Under the pieces are notes generated by a model. That model made no database searches, was not told the origin of the DNA, and was given only the letters and a program-made list of their open reading frames with translations. Shown here in pieces: positions 9,892 to 18,235 of a DNA stretch of 64,000 bases. How positions within the stretch are numbered: position 1 is the first letter of the stretch; each line of letters begins with the position of its first letter. The DNA lies in assembly GCA_021789215.1 (NCBI GenBank), contig JAJYJS010000003.1:49828-113827 (forward strand). The letters run 5' to 3'. The translations under genes were made by a program, and so were the position numbers. Source of the stretch: Nitrospirota bacterium. GTDB lineage: Bacteria; Nitrospirota; Thermodesulfovibrionia; Thermodesulfovibrionales; JdFR-88.

Positions 9892-11286
9892 CTAATTCTT
9901 CTGGAGAGTGTAAAAAATTATTACTCCTGAGCGGTCGCGGTCAATTTCAACACATTTTTCCGAAATCCCCGCTTTTTCAATCAATATTCTGCTTTCTTCT
10001 TCTGTCCGCTGATAAAAAGCGTTCCAGTCTACAAGCCAATGATAGTCCTGAGTTTCATACCGTCTGCAATCTTTAAACCCGGCAACAAGCTTCCCGCCGG
10101 GATTTAGCGTAAGATAGAGTGCTTTCAGCAGTCTTACAAGCACGTCGTCAGTTAAATAATCAAATAACCCTATGCTGTATATGATATCCTGCGACCCGAA
10201 TTCCTTGATATTCTTTTCATGGTTCACCATTCTCAATGCGTTATACTTGCGCATTTTGATTTGATGAACGATGTCGGTATACGAGAGCCTGTTTAACACA
10301 AAATCGATTGCATCGGAATCCAGGTCCACACAAGTCATTTCAGCTTCGGATTCTTTTATCCGGGGGGCAAGTTCAAACAGCTCTCTTGTTGACCCGCATG
10401 CGATGTTCAGAACTCTAGGTCCTTTCCTGGCCTCAAATTCCTTTTGCAGCATCCCCTTTATCCATGAAAGCCGCTCCCTGACCGCTTTTGCCAGTGTTGT
10501 TGAAAGAAAGTAGGAATCAAGCAGCCAACCGAGTCCTTCAGACAAAGGCATATTCCTGTAAATACCTTCCAGTATTTTGTAGTCACCAGGGTACCCTTTT
10601 GGCCATGTCCGGGCATGATTCATGAAATAGCTTTTTGAAAAAAACGGATTTGTTTTATTCCTAAATTCAACCTGTTTCCTTCTTAACAGGTCTTTGCAGT
10701 CCGCCAAAGTGTTTTCCACACTCCTAGCAAACTCAAAAAAAGCGCTTATTGCCTCGTACACTTTCCCCAGCAGAAAATCAGGATTTGATTTCCCTGATAA
10801 CAAGCCCTGCTCTGCATACGCAAGCCTCATATTGAATAAATCTATTTCCCTATCCAGATGGCAATCAATCTGCTCAAAAGCTTTCCTAAAGCTGTTTCCA
10901 ATTTCATTGGATCCTTCGAGATCGATATTACCGCTCTCTTTATCCAGATTGTTTCCGCAGAAATGGCAACTGGCATCTTCAACATGGTCTTTCATGAACT
11001 GCAACAGCATCGACTTGCCCTCGTCCCCCAGGTCGAGGAACTTCACCGCGACGCCGTTTTCCTCTTTCCTCAGCACCTTCCCCCGCACCTCCAGTTCGCC
11101 GTTTGGCAGCGGGGCCTTGAGCCTTACAATCGTGTTTTCGGGCAGCGAGAAGTCGGAATTTATGAATACCCCCCCGAGCCCCAGATTCGAGGTGATGGAA
11201 TTTTTCCGCAATCCCTTGCCATTGCCTTCGTCCACCGAAACCAACACCGGCAGCTGTGCCTTGCACCTGACATCCTGTCTGGCCAT
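9892..11286 (-). CDS. PilZ domain - class I SAM-dependent methyltransferase fusion protein
   Basis: The N-terminus has RQDVR (RxxxR) and NLGLGG (a D/NxSxxG-like variant), which are PilZ signatures. The C-terminus has methyltransferase motif I (VLNIACGSTRE) and an acidic motif (CVDLDSDAIDF). A GGAGAGGAG RBS precedes the ATG. The gene lies 18 nt upstream of the hybrid kinase gene on the same strand. Confidence 0.75.
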   Translation of the reverse strand: MARQDVRCKAQLPVLVSVDEGNGKGLRKNSITSNLGLGGVFINSDFSLPENTIVRLKAPLPNGELEVRGKVLRKEENGVAVKFLDLGDEGKSMLLQFMKDHVEDASCHFCGNNLDKESGNIDLEGSNEIGNSFRKAFEQIDCHLDREIDLFNMRLAYAEQGLLSGKSNPDFLLGKVYEAISAFFEFARSVENTLADCKDLLRRKQVEFRNKTNPFFSKSYFMNHARTWPKGYPGDYKILEGIYRNMPLSEGLGWLLDSYFLSTTLAKAVRERLSWIKGMLQKEFEARKGPRVLNIACGSTRELFELAPRIKESEAEMTCVDLDSDAIDFVLNRLSYTDIVHQIKMRKYNALRMVNHEKNIKEFGSQDIIYSIGLFDYLTDDVLVRLLKALYLTLNPGGKLVAGFKDCRRYETQDYHWLVDWNAFYQRTEEESRILIEKAGISEKCVEIDRDRSGVIIFYTLQKN

Positions 11287-11314
11287 CTTTCTCCTCTCCT
11301 TTTTATAAACTTTT

Positions 11315-11335
11315 CGGGTTATAAAAAATAACCCG
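11315..11335. promoter_or_regulatory. Perfect 8-bp inverted repeat (operator or 5'-UTR hairpin candidate)
   Basis: CGGGTTAT-aaaaa-ATAACCCG, 29-49 nt upstream of the PilZ-methyltransferase start, in the divergent intergenic region. Confidence 0.3.
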
Positions 11336-11470
11336 TTTGCAAATATAAGTCATAGAAAAAATTTTTACAACATTAAATTGAAATTTTAGCGTCAGAAGGC
11401 CAAAAAAAGACTTTTTGCGGGATGGAAACGGGGTTTGCCAATTCAGGGGGCGGGAGGTTATACTAGGTTC

Positions 11471-11689
11471 ATGCCGATATTCGAATATGTATGCAACAAG
11501 TGCCAGGGGGAGTTTGAAAAGCTGGTTTACTCCTCCACGAAGGTCATCTGCCCCAAATGCGGCTCTGATGACGTGAAGAAGAAGCTCTCCACCTTCGGGA
11601 TGAGCGGGCTGGCAACGCCCTTTTCAGGCGGCGGGCCGTCTTCCGGGTGCGGCTCCTGCAGCAAGTCCTCCTGCTCCGGCTGCCACTAG
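11471..11689 (+). CDS. FmdB-family zinc-ribbon protein
   Basis: MPIFEYVCNKCQGEFE...CPKCGSDDVKK is the CxxC...CxxC pattern of the FmdB/CxxC_CxxC_SSSS family, with a Gly/Ser/Cys tail. The internal ATG at 11471 was chosen because of the GGGAGG-like RBS just upstream. Confidence 0.7.
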   Translation: MPIFEYVCNKCQGEFEKLVYSSTKVICPKCGSDDVKKKLSTFGMSGLATPFSGGGPSSGCGSCSKSSCSGCH

Positions 11690-11716
11690 CAGGTTGCTGA
11701 AAAAGTCCTCATTTTG

Positions 11717-11804
11717 GTCATTGCGAGGAGCGCAAGCGACGAAGCAATCTCATAAGTAATCGATTTTTCTAAAGACGTGATTGCTTCGCTCCGCTCGCAA
11801 TGAC
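11717..11804. repeat. Palindromic intergenic element, family A, copy 1 (REP/MITE-like)
   Basis: GTCATTGCGAGgagcgcaagcGACGAAGCAATC ... GATTGCTTCGCtccgCTCGCAATGAC. The termini are the same as the element at 43865-43958. It lies between convergent genes. Confidence 0.7.
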
Positions 11805-11835
11805 AGTCGAAACAGTTTTTCAGCAGCCTGCTAGA

Positions 11836-13563
11836 CTACTTTATATACGCCTCGGTCACATACCTCAGCATCATGCGGTTCGTGTTGAAATAATAGGCGT
11901 TCTTGCCAATAGCGTTCTGCATCATTTTTATCCATGTGCGCCGGTTGCCGTAGAACATGGGAATGATTATCTCTTCCAGCTTCATGTAGAGGTCCTCCGC
12001 GTCCTGCTCGTCCCTTGCAGCGGGAGGCGTGTCCATCTCTTCGGAGGGGGCGGGGCCTATGGCCCAGCCGGTATAGCCCTCTATGTGCCCCTCAATCCAC
12101 CAGCCGTCCAGCACGCTGAAATTCATTACGCCGTTGTGCGCCGCTTTCATCCCGGAGGTGCCGGAGGCCTCCCTCGGCCTCTGCGGGGTGTTCATCCACA
12201 GGTCCACGCCAGAGACCATCTTCAGCGCCAGGTCCATGTCGTAATTTGGCAGGTAAACTATTTTCACCCTTCCCGCGAGCTTTTTTATGCACTCGAAGAC
12301 GTGCTTTATGACCAGCTTGCCGGGGATGTCCCTGGGGTGGGCCTTGCCCGCATAGATTATCTGGACCTTGCCGGAGGCGACCCTGGCAAGCCGCTCGATG
12401 TCCCTGAACAAGAGGTCGCCCCGTTTATAGGCCGTGGCCCTCCTTGCAAACCCGATGGTGAGGGTCTCGTAATCCATCCCGATGCCTGTCCGGCCGTTCA
12501 CGTAATCTATCAGAAGTTTTTTTGCGGCCATGTGGGCCTCCCAAAGCTCCTCCTCCGGCACCCTGCCGACCCTCACGAAAAGCTCCGGCTCGTTTGCCCA
12601 TCCGGGCATATATTTGTCAAAAACCTTTTTCATGCTGTCGCACGTCCACGTGAACGAATGCACGCCGTTGGTGATGGAGGAGAACTCGTAGCCGGGAAAC
12701 ATCCGCATGGAGACCTCCTTGTGCTTTTTCGCCACTCCATTGACGTACTCCGTCAGGTTCAGGGCAAGGTGCGTCATGTTCAGCTTCTCCTGCCCGCCCA
12801 GCTTCTTGAGCACCCTGAAGGGGATCATCTCGCCCAGCACCTGCTTTATCAGCTCGTAGGAGAACTTGTCGTGCCCGGCCTCCACGGGCGTATGCGTCGT
12901 AAAGACGCAGAGGTCCTTGACGCGCTCCACGTCCCAGATAAGGTCCTCGTCCCAGACGGCCTCGATGTCCCGCCTGTATTCTATCAGCAGCTCGATTGTA
13001 AGCAGGCTGGCGTGGCCCTCGTTCATGTGGTACTTCTTTATCTCGAAGCCCAGTTTGCGGAGCATCCTCACCCCGCCGATGCCGAGCACGGCCTCCTGCT
13101 TGAGCCGGTATTTGTCGTCCCCGCCGTAAAGAAATGAGGTGATATCGCGGTCTTCCGCGCTGTTTTCCGGCATGTCAGTGTCCAGGAACAGGATGGGCAC
13201 CTTGCCGCCCGTTACGCTCTGCTGGATATAGAGCCAGCACCGGATGGCCACCTGCCTGCCCTCCAGCTCCACATGGACGCGCTCGGGCAGGGGCTTCATG
13301 AAGCGCTCCGGCTGCCAGGGCGCGGGGGCTTCAGTCTGGCTGCCCTCGGCATCGAGCTTCTGCTCGAAATACCCCTTCTTACACAGCAGCGTCACCGCGA
13401 GCAGGGGTATCTTGAGGTCGGCAGCGGAGCGTATGGTATCCCCCGCAAGCACGCCCAGACCGCCGCTGTAGGTGTGCATGCCGTTTTGCACGCCTATTTC
13501 CATCGAGAAATAGGCGATTTTAGGTTCCTTCAGAAACTCCCAGAGGGAGGCTGCGGGCTCCAT
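11836..13563 (-). CDS. glgP: Alpha-glucan (glycogen/maltodextrin) phosphorylase, GT35 short form
   Basis: 575-aa ORF with the PLP-lysine region PREASGTSGMKAAHNGVMNFSVLDGWW and N-terminal GGLGVLAGD. Confidence 0.9.
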   Translation of the reverse strand: MEPAASLWEFLKEPKIAYFSMEIGVQNGMHTYSGGLGVLAGDTIRSAADLKIPLLAVTLLCKKGYFEQKLDAEGSQTEAPAPWQPERFMKPLPERVHVELEGRQVAIRCWLYIQQSVTGGKVPILFLDTDMPENSAEDRDITSFLYGGDDKYRLKQEAVLGIGGVRMLRKLGFEIKKYHMNEGHASLLTIELLIEYRRDIEAVWDEDLIWDVERVKDLCVFTTHTPVEAGHDKFSYELIKQVLGEMIPFRVLKKLGGQEKLNMTHLALNLTEYVNGVAKKHKEVSMRMFPGYEFSSITNGVHSFTWTCDSMKKVFDKYMPGWANEPELFVRVGRVPEEELWEAHMAAKKLLIDYVNGRTGIGMDYETLTIGFARRATAYKRGDLLFRDIERLARVASGKVQIIYAGKAHPRDIPGKLVIKHVFECIKKLAGRVKIVYLPNYDMDLALKMVSGVDLWMNTPQRPREASGTSGMKAAHNGVMNFSVLDGWWIEGHIEGYTGWAIGPAPSEEMDTPPAARDEQDAEDLYMKLEEIIIPMFYGNRRTWIKMMQNAIGKNAYYFNTNRMMLRYVTEAYIK

Positions 13564-13791
13564 GGCTCCTTAAATTCTAAGGCAATCGCGCGATATATAC
13601 AAGCCCCGGACTGGATTCTTCGGTCAAGCGCGGCCGCAAGGGGCGCATGGTCTGCGAGGGGGGGCGCGGGGGGCGAAGCCCCCGGCAGATAAAGGGCGGG
13701 CGGGACAAGAAAATGCCTTCCCCCGCCAAATCCAAACCATGACTTTGTGTTAAAATAGTGCAATCTTTTTCCAAAGAGAGGACTTTTAGCC

Positions 13792-14616
13792 ATGTTCAAT
13801 ATGAAAGCGGTGGAGCCCAGACAGCTGGACACCGGTTCCACATTCAAGTTCAGGTGCTACAAGGGGATATCCTGTTTCACCCGCTGCTGCTCCAATATCG
13901 ACATAATGCTCACCCCTTACGATGTCCTGAGGATGAAAAGGCGGCTCGGCATAAGCTCCGAGGAGTTCCTTGAGAAATACACCATCGTGCGGACGGACAA
14001 GAATTCCTCCCACCCTTATGCATATTTGAAGATGAACAACGACACGGAAAGGAAATGCCCCTTTGTTGTCGTCCCTGACGGCTGCACCATATACACGGAC
14101 AGGCCCGTAAGCTGCCGTTACTACCCCGTGGGGCAGGGCACCCTCAAGAAAAGGGACAACGAGGGAAAGATCGTCCACGAGGAGTTCTATTTCTTCGTGA
14201 AGGAGGCCCACTGCAAGGGCTACGAGGAACAGACCCAGTGGACGATAGGCTCCTGGAAGGACGACCAGGAGATAACCGTTTACGACAGCATGAACCGCGA
14301 GTGGAAAGAGCTCCTCATGCGCAGGAACCTGCCCAACCAGCCCATGCTGGACGACAAGAAAAGAATGCTGTTCTTCATGGCCAGCTACGACCTGGACAAG
14401 TTCCGCCGGTTCGTGCTGGACAGCCGCTTCCTCGACATCTTCGAGCTGCCAGGAGAGGAGGCCGAAGAGATAAAGACCTCGGAAGAGGCCCTGATGAAAC
14501 TCTCCTTCAAGTACCTTAAATTCATGCTGGGCATGGAGCAGGCCCTGAACGTAAAGCGGGAATTCATCAAAGGCAAGGACAAGCCCGCAGACCCCGCCAC
14601 CGAAAAGAAGGATTAA
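13792..14616 (+). CDS. YkgJ-family (CxxCxxCC) cysteine-cluster protein
   Basis: FRCYKGISCFTRCCSN...CPFVV..GCTIYTDRPVSCRYYP matches the putative Zn/Fe-chelating CxxCxxCC family pattern. The C-terminal extension is about 130 aa. Confidence 0.7.
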   Translation: MFNMKAVEPRQLDTGSTFKFRCYKGISCFTRCCSNIDIMLTPYDVLRMKRRLGISSEEFLEKYTIVRTDKNSSHPYAYLKMNNDTERKCPFVVVPDGCTIYTDRPVSCRYYPVGQGTLKKRDNEGKIVHEEFYFFVKEAHCKGYEEQTQWTIGSWKDDQEITVYDSMNREWKELLMRRNLPNQPMLDDKKRMLFFMASYDLDKFRRFVLDSRFLDIFELPGEEAEEIKTSEEALMKLSFKYLKFMLGMEQALNVKREFIKGKDKPADPATEKKD

Positions 14617-14914
14617 AAAAAATCCTCAACAGGGCCGCTGAACGCATTCCCGGCGGGGAAACCCGCCCATAATGTCTGGCACCCCAAAAAAAATTCCCTT
14701 TGCGGTTGCAGAGAACTTTTTTTGGGGGTGGGCTTCCCCCCTTGCATAATTCCAATATTGTATATCTCTTTTTTCAAATCTGTTATAATCAGCTAACACA
14801 ACCATAAGTTTCAATACCTCAGGGTGGAAAAAGCCGTGCAGGGCCCGGCAAGTTCCAAGGCGGACGATCAAGTTCGCAGGGGAATAATAAAAAAGCCCAT
14901 AACCAGGAGCGGCC

Positions 14915-15895
14915 ATGCAACAGAAAACATCGCAGTTGTATGACGAACAAGCGGCAGTGGCCTTTTACCAGGAGCGCTATGCCCGCGGTTATATGGATGA
15001 ATGGCCGGTTGAAAAGAAGCGAAGGGTCTTTGAACTCATCCGCGGTCTTGAGCTTCCGGACAAGGGCGAAGCCCTTGACTTTGGATGCGGCAACGGCGTA
15101 TTCACGGAAATTATCAGGCAGGCCCTGCCTCCGGGGTGGAAGGTATATGGCGCGGACATAAGCGGGACCGCCGTTGAGAACGCAAAAAAGCGTTATCCAA
15201 AGTGCACCTTCCTTGTGTCAGGCGGCGGGAAATTTTTAAAAACCGGGAGATTTGATTTTCTGTTTACGCATCATGTGCTCGAACACGTCTATGATCTGCC
15301 TAAGGTCCTTGACGAGATTAACGGCTGCCTGAAAGACAAGTCTGAGATGCTGCACATTTTACCCTGCGGCAATGAAGGCAGCTTTGAGCATGATATTTGC
15401 CTTTTGCGAAAAGACGGAATTAACCGGCATCTCGAGGACCGCTTTTTCTTTGAGGACGAGGGGCATGTGCGACGGCTGACCACAGAGCAGTTGAGCAAAC
15501 TTTGTGAAAACAGGGGGTTTGCCCTGGCAAAGGAGTGTTACAGCAATCAATACCACGGCTCCATCAACTGGATCACGCGGGATGGACCCGGTTTCATACG
15601 GAAGTTTACCGGCATATCCGCGGCCCTGGATGAAGAGGCCGAAGACAAACTCAGGAAATTGCGCCGCAGGCTGTTCTGTTTTTGGGCCTTGCGCTATCCG
15701 GCGATTTCCGTTGAAACCATATTGCGCAAAAAGGGCAGGACCGTCCGCGATTATTTTTCCCTGATGACTGGTTTGCCCCTTTATCCATTGGCAAAACCGG
15801 TCGATTCTTATCTGAAACGCAAGGCGTCTGATGAATGGGACAAAAGAAAAACAGAGCGGAACGGCAGCGAAATGTATGTCTTTTTCAAAAGATGA
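14915..15895 (+). CDS. Class I SAM-dependent methyltransferase
   Basis: Motif I ALDFGCGNGVFTE, then GADISGTAVENAK and FDFLFTHHVLEHV. One hand-counted 100-nt sample gave 46% GC, lower than the neighbouring genes. Confidence 0.75.
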   Translation: MQQKTSQLYDEQAAVAFYQERYARGYMDEWPVEKKRRVFELIRGLELPDKGEALDFGCGNGVFTEIIRQALPPGWKVYGADISGTAVENAKKRYPKCTFLVSGGGKFLKTGRFDFLFTHHVLEHVYDLPKVLDEINGCLKDKSEMLHILPCGNEGSFEHDICLLRKDGINRHLEDRFFFEDEGHVRRLTTEQLSKLCENRGFALAKECYSNQYHGSINWITRDGPGFIRKFTGISAALDEEAEDKLRKLRRRLFCFWALRYPAISVETILRKKGRTVRDYFSLMTGLPLYPLAKPVDSYLKRKASDEWDKRKTERNGSEMYVFFKR

Positions 15896-15911
15896 AAAAC
15901 AAAAAAGCCCT

Positions 15912-16277
15912 TTACGCGGTTTCCAGTTCTTTTTTTATCCAGTCCGCCACGGTTTCGTCTACAGGGTACATGCCCATTACATGATTTGCCCCTCCGGCCT
16001 TCACGGCGCCCCGGAGGAGGTCTTCGGGCGCGTCCTCTATATGGGCGATGCTTTTTGATGTGAGGTTGTAGGTCTTCATCACCATAAGCTCGGGTCTCGG
16101 CATATCCGGCATGTAATCGATGTAAAAAGAAAACCCCTGGATTTCCTTTATCAGCTCCTCCTGCCCTCCGCAGTTTGCGAAGCGGGGCTTGAAAAGCATC
16201 GCCGGGGTGAGGTCGAACCTCAGGTTGTCAATAAAAACCCTGTTTTTCCTGAGTCTTGCGATCTTGATGTCCAGCAT
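15912..16277 (-). CDS. Hypothetical protein (121 aa)
   Basis: Clean ORF tightly packed after the upstream gene (12-nt gap). I recognise no motif. Confidence 0.5.
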   Translation of the reverse strand: MLDIKIARLRKNRVFIDNLRFDLTPAMLFKPRFANCGGQEELIKEIQGFSFYIDYMPDMPRPELMVMKTYNLTSKSIAHIEDAPEDLLRGAVKAGGANHVMGMYPVDETVADWIKKELETA

Positions 16278-16289
16278 ATTTTTTTATTT

Positions 16290-16640
16290 CTAGGCTTTCC
16301 CGGACTGGCCCGATTCTTCCTTGAATTTCTGGATGGCGGCCTCTTCCACGTCCGCGAGCATTTCCTTTTTCGCGTCCTCCAGCACTTTAAGGGGCAGTTT
16401 CAGCTTTCTCGCAAGCTCCGGAAGCTCCATCCCGGCCATGAAGTGCACCTCGGCTATCATCACCTTCAGGGCGTCGCCCAGTATGGATTTTTTCAGGTCC
16501 CCGTCCTTGACATCGACAAGCCCCGCGGCCTGCTCGAAAGACATGCCCTGCTCCACGGCGCTCTTGATCCGCTTTATGGATTCCTCGTATATCCTGTCTG
16601 CCTCCGCCTGGGGCAGCCCTTCATACCACGCATCTGACAT
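16290..16640 (-). CDS. Hypothetical acidic helical protein (116 aa)
   Basis: ORF with coding-like composition, first gene of a two-gene unit downstream of the atp terminator. No family recognised. Confidence 0.5.
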   Translation of the reverse strand: MSDAWYEGLPQAEADRIYEESIKRIKSAVEQGMSFEQAAGLVDVKDGDLKKSILGDALKVMIAEVHFMAGMELPELARKLKLPLKVLEDAKKEMLADVEEAAIQKFKEESGQSGKA

Positions 16641-16703
16641 ATGTCTATGATACCATATAGCGTGGCAAGTCCAGAAATTTAAAATATTTATTCAGGTATT
16701 CCA

Positions 16704-16734
16704 AATGAAAAAGGGGGCTCTTTCGAGCCCCCTT
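16704..16734 (-). terminator. Intrinsic terminator after atpE
   Basis: On the minus strand, GGGGGCTCgaaaGAGCCCCC is followed by a T-run (TTTTTCATTT), 25 nt after the atpE stop. Confidence 0.65.
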
Positions 16735-16758
16735 CCTGTGTCTTGGGAACAGTATCTG

Positions 16759-17133
16759 CTACAGCTTGAACGGATTGACGAAGAAGACAATAAGCACGAC
16801 GACGAGGGCATAGATCGCAAGAGACTCGATCATGGCCAGACCGATGATGAGGGTCGTCGTGATTTTGCCTGAGGCCCCTGGGTTCCTCGCCACACCATCG
16901 CAAGCACCATTCAGGCCGAGTCCTTGACCTATGCCGGTTCCAAGGGCTGCGAGCCCTATGCCGATGGCGCATCCGAGGACGGCCATAGCATAGTAGCTGA
17001 TATTGGCGCTCTTGCCTGTGGCAGCGGCAGCGGCAGCAGCGTTAGAGCTGGCAGCATCTGCTGCAAAAGCGAGGGGTGCGACAAAAAGAAGCACCAGGGA
17101 GGCTAAAAGGATCACGGATATAAGTTTCTTCAT
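16759..17133 (-). CDS. atpE: F-type ATP synthase subunit c with signal-peptide-like N-terminal extension
   Basis: The internal ATG at 17133 is preceded by AGGAGG. The C-terminal 80 aa form a typical c hairpin (GIGQG...ARNP...MIESLAIYALVV). The N-terminal MKKLISVILLASLVLLFVAPLAFAADA looks like a signal peptide. Confidence 0.85.
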   Translation of the reverse strand: MKKLISVILLASLVLLFVAPLAFAADAASSNAAAAAAATGKSANISYYAMAVLGCAIGIGLAALGTGIGQGLGLNGACDGVARNPGASGKITTTLIIGLAMIESLAIYALVVVLIVFFVNPFKL

Positions 17134-17158
17134 GATCTTCCTCCTTTCTGTATGATAT

Positions 17159-17842
17159 CTAGTGGGCCTCTTCAACGGCGCCTGCAATATAGAGCGCCGA
17201 CAAGAGGGTAAAAACCAATGCCTGGACCACACTGACCAGCACGCCAAGCGCCAGTATGGCAGTCGGTATTACAAGCGGCACCAGAAGGCCCAGCACCAGC
17301 AGCAGCAAGTGCTTTGCGATCATGTTGCCGAAAAGCCTGACCGACAGGGTAAGCGGCCTAGCCAAATGGCTTATTACCTCGACGACAAACATAAGCATCA
17401 TGAGCGGCAGGGCCGCCAGGGAACGTATCGGCCCGAGGAAATGTTTTATGTAATGCAAGCCGTGGACCTTGAAGCCCCAGAACTGATAGATAAGAAAGAC
17501 AGGCACGGCCATCGAGGCCGTAGTGTTTATATTCGCCGTGGGAGCGAAGAACCCCGGTATCAGGCCGAAGCAGTTGCCCACCAGTATGTACAGGAAAAGC
17601 GTGCCTATGAGCGGGAAGAAAAACTCGCCCCACTTGTGCCCTATGTTGTCCACGGAGAGGTTGAGCATGGCCTCTCCCACTATCTCCATAAAATTCTGGA
17701 CACCCCTCGGCACAAGCGACATCGAGGCCCTGATAATGAGGGCCACTACAATAAGCACAACCGAGCTAAGCAGGGCAAAAGACACGTAAGTGGGGACCAC
17801 ATGCGGATTTATGATCAAATCCATAATGGTGGACTCTTCCAT
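17159..17842 (-). CDS. atpB: F-type ATP synthase subunit a
   Basis: 227-aa polytopic protein with the conserved LTLSVRLFGNMIAKH motif (essential Arg). Confidence 0.9.
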   Translation of the reverse strand: MEESTIMDLIINPHVVPTYVSFALLSSVVLIVVALIIRASMSLVPRGVQNFMEIVGEAMLNLSVDNIGHKWGEFFFPLIGTLFLYILVGNCFGLIPGFFAPTANINTTASMAVPVFLIYQFWGFKVHGLHYIKHFLGPIRSLAALPLMMLMFVVEVISHLARPLTLSVRLFGNMIAKHLLLLVLGLLVPLVIPTAILALGVLVSVVQALVFTLLSALYIAGAVEEAH

Positions 17843-17972
17843 TCCTTTTCGGCCTCCTTTTCTGGAAAAATTCGCCTTATCTTAATAGACCGCGGTAATA
17901 TTGTCAAGAATAGCTTTATAAATAAAATAAATATGTAGCTTGAGGGGATTTTAAAAGTCAGGTCTGATATTT

Positions 17973-18140
17973 TCAGGATTTTTTGGATGTCTTGGCGAAG
18001 AAACCCGATATCTTTCTTGTTACATTGCTGCCTTTGCAGTGGGGGCACTCTATCTTGGGGTTTGCGCCGTACTCCTTAAGCGAAAGGAAGACCAGAAAGT
18101 CCTTTTTGCAGTCCTTGCACTCATATTCGTATGCGGGCAT
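17973..18140 (-). CDS. FmdB-family zinc-ribbon protein
   Basis: MPAYEYECKDCKKDF...CPHCKGSNVTRK. The internal ATG at 18140 has an upstream GAGGGA RBS. The longer ORF (to 18371) has no coding-like N-terminus. Confidence 0.7.
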   Translation of the reverse strand: MPAYEYECKDCKKDFLVFLSLKEYGANPKIECPHCKGSNVTRKISGFFAKTSKKS

Positions 18141-18235
18141 TTTGTCCCTCCTGCCAGGCACAGGATTTTTTATTTTGTTTCCCTGCTTATAAGCTAGCGC
18201 ATTCCCAGGGGTTTGTGAAGACAGGCCCGCGAAAA

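Noticed and set aside
11800-13137. 445-aa plus-strand ORF antisense to glgP
   Set aside because: It is a shadow ORF. The minus-strand translation carries the GT35 PLP-lysine motif and is full length.
14626-14916. 96-aa minus-strand ORF in the long intergenic gap
   Set aside because: It has no RBS, an odd composition, and runs through promoter-like AT-rich sequence. It was treated as non-coding.
17815-18048. 77-aa ORF upstream of atpB, considered as a possible AtpI/AtpZ
   Set aside because: It overlaps the atpB start and the zinc-ribbon gene and lacks the hydrophobic helices expected for AtpI. It most likely lies in an AT-rich intergenic promoter region.
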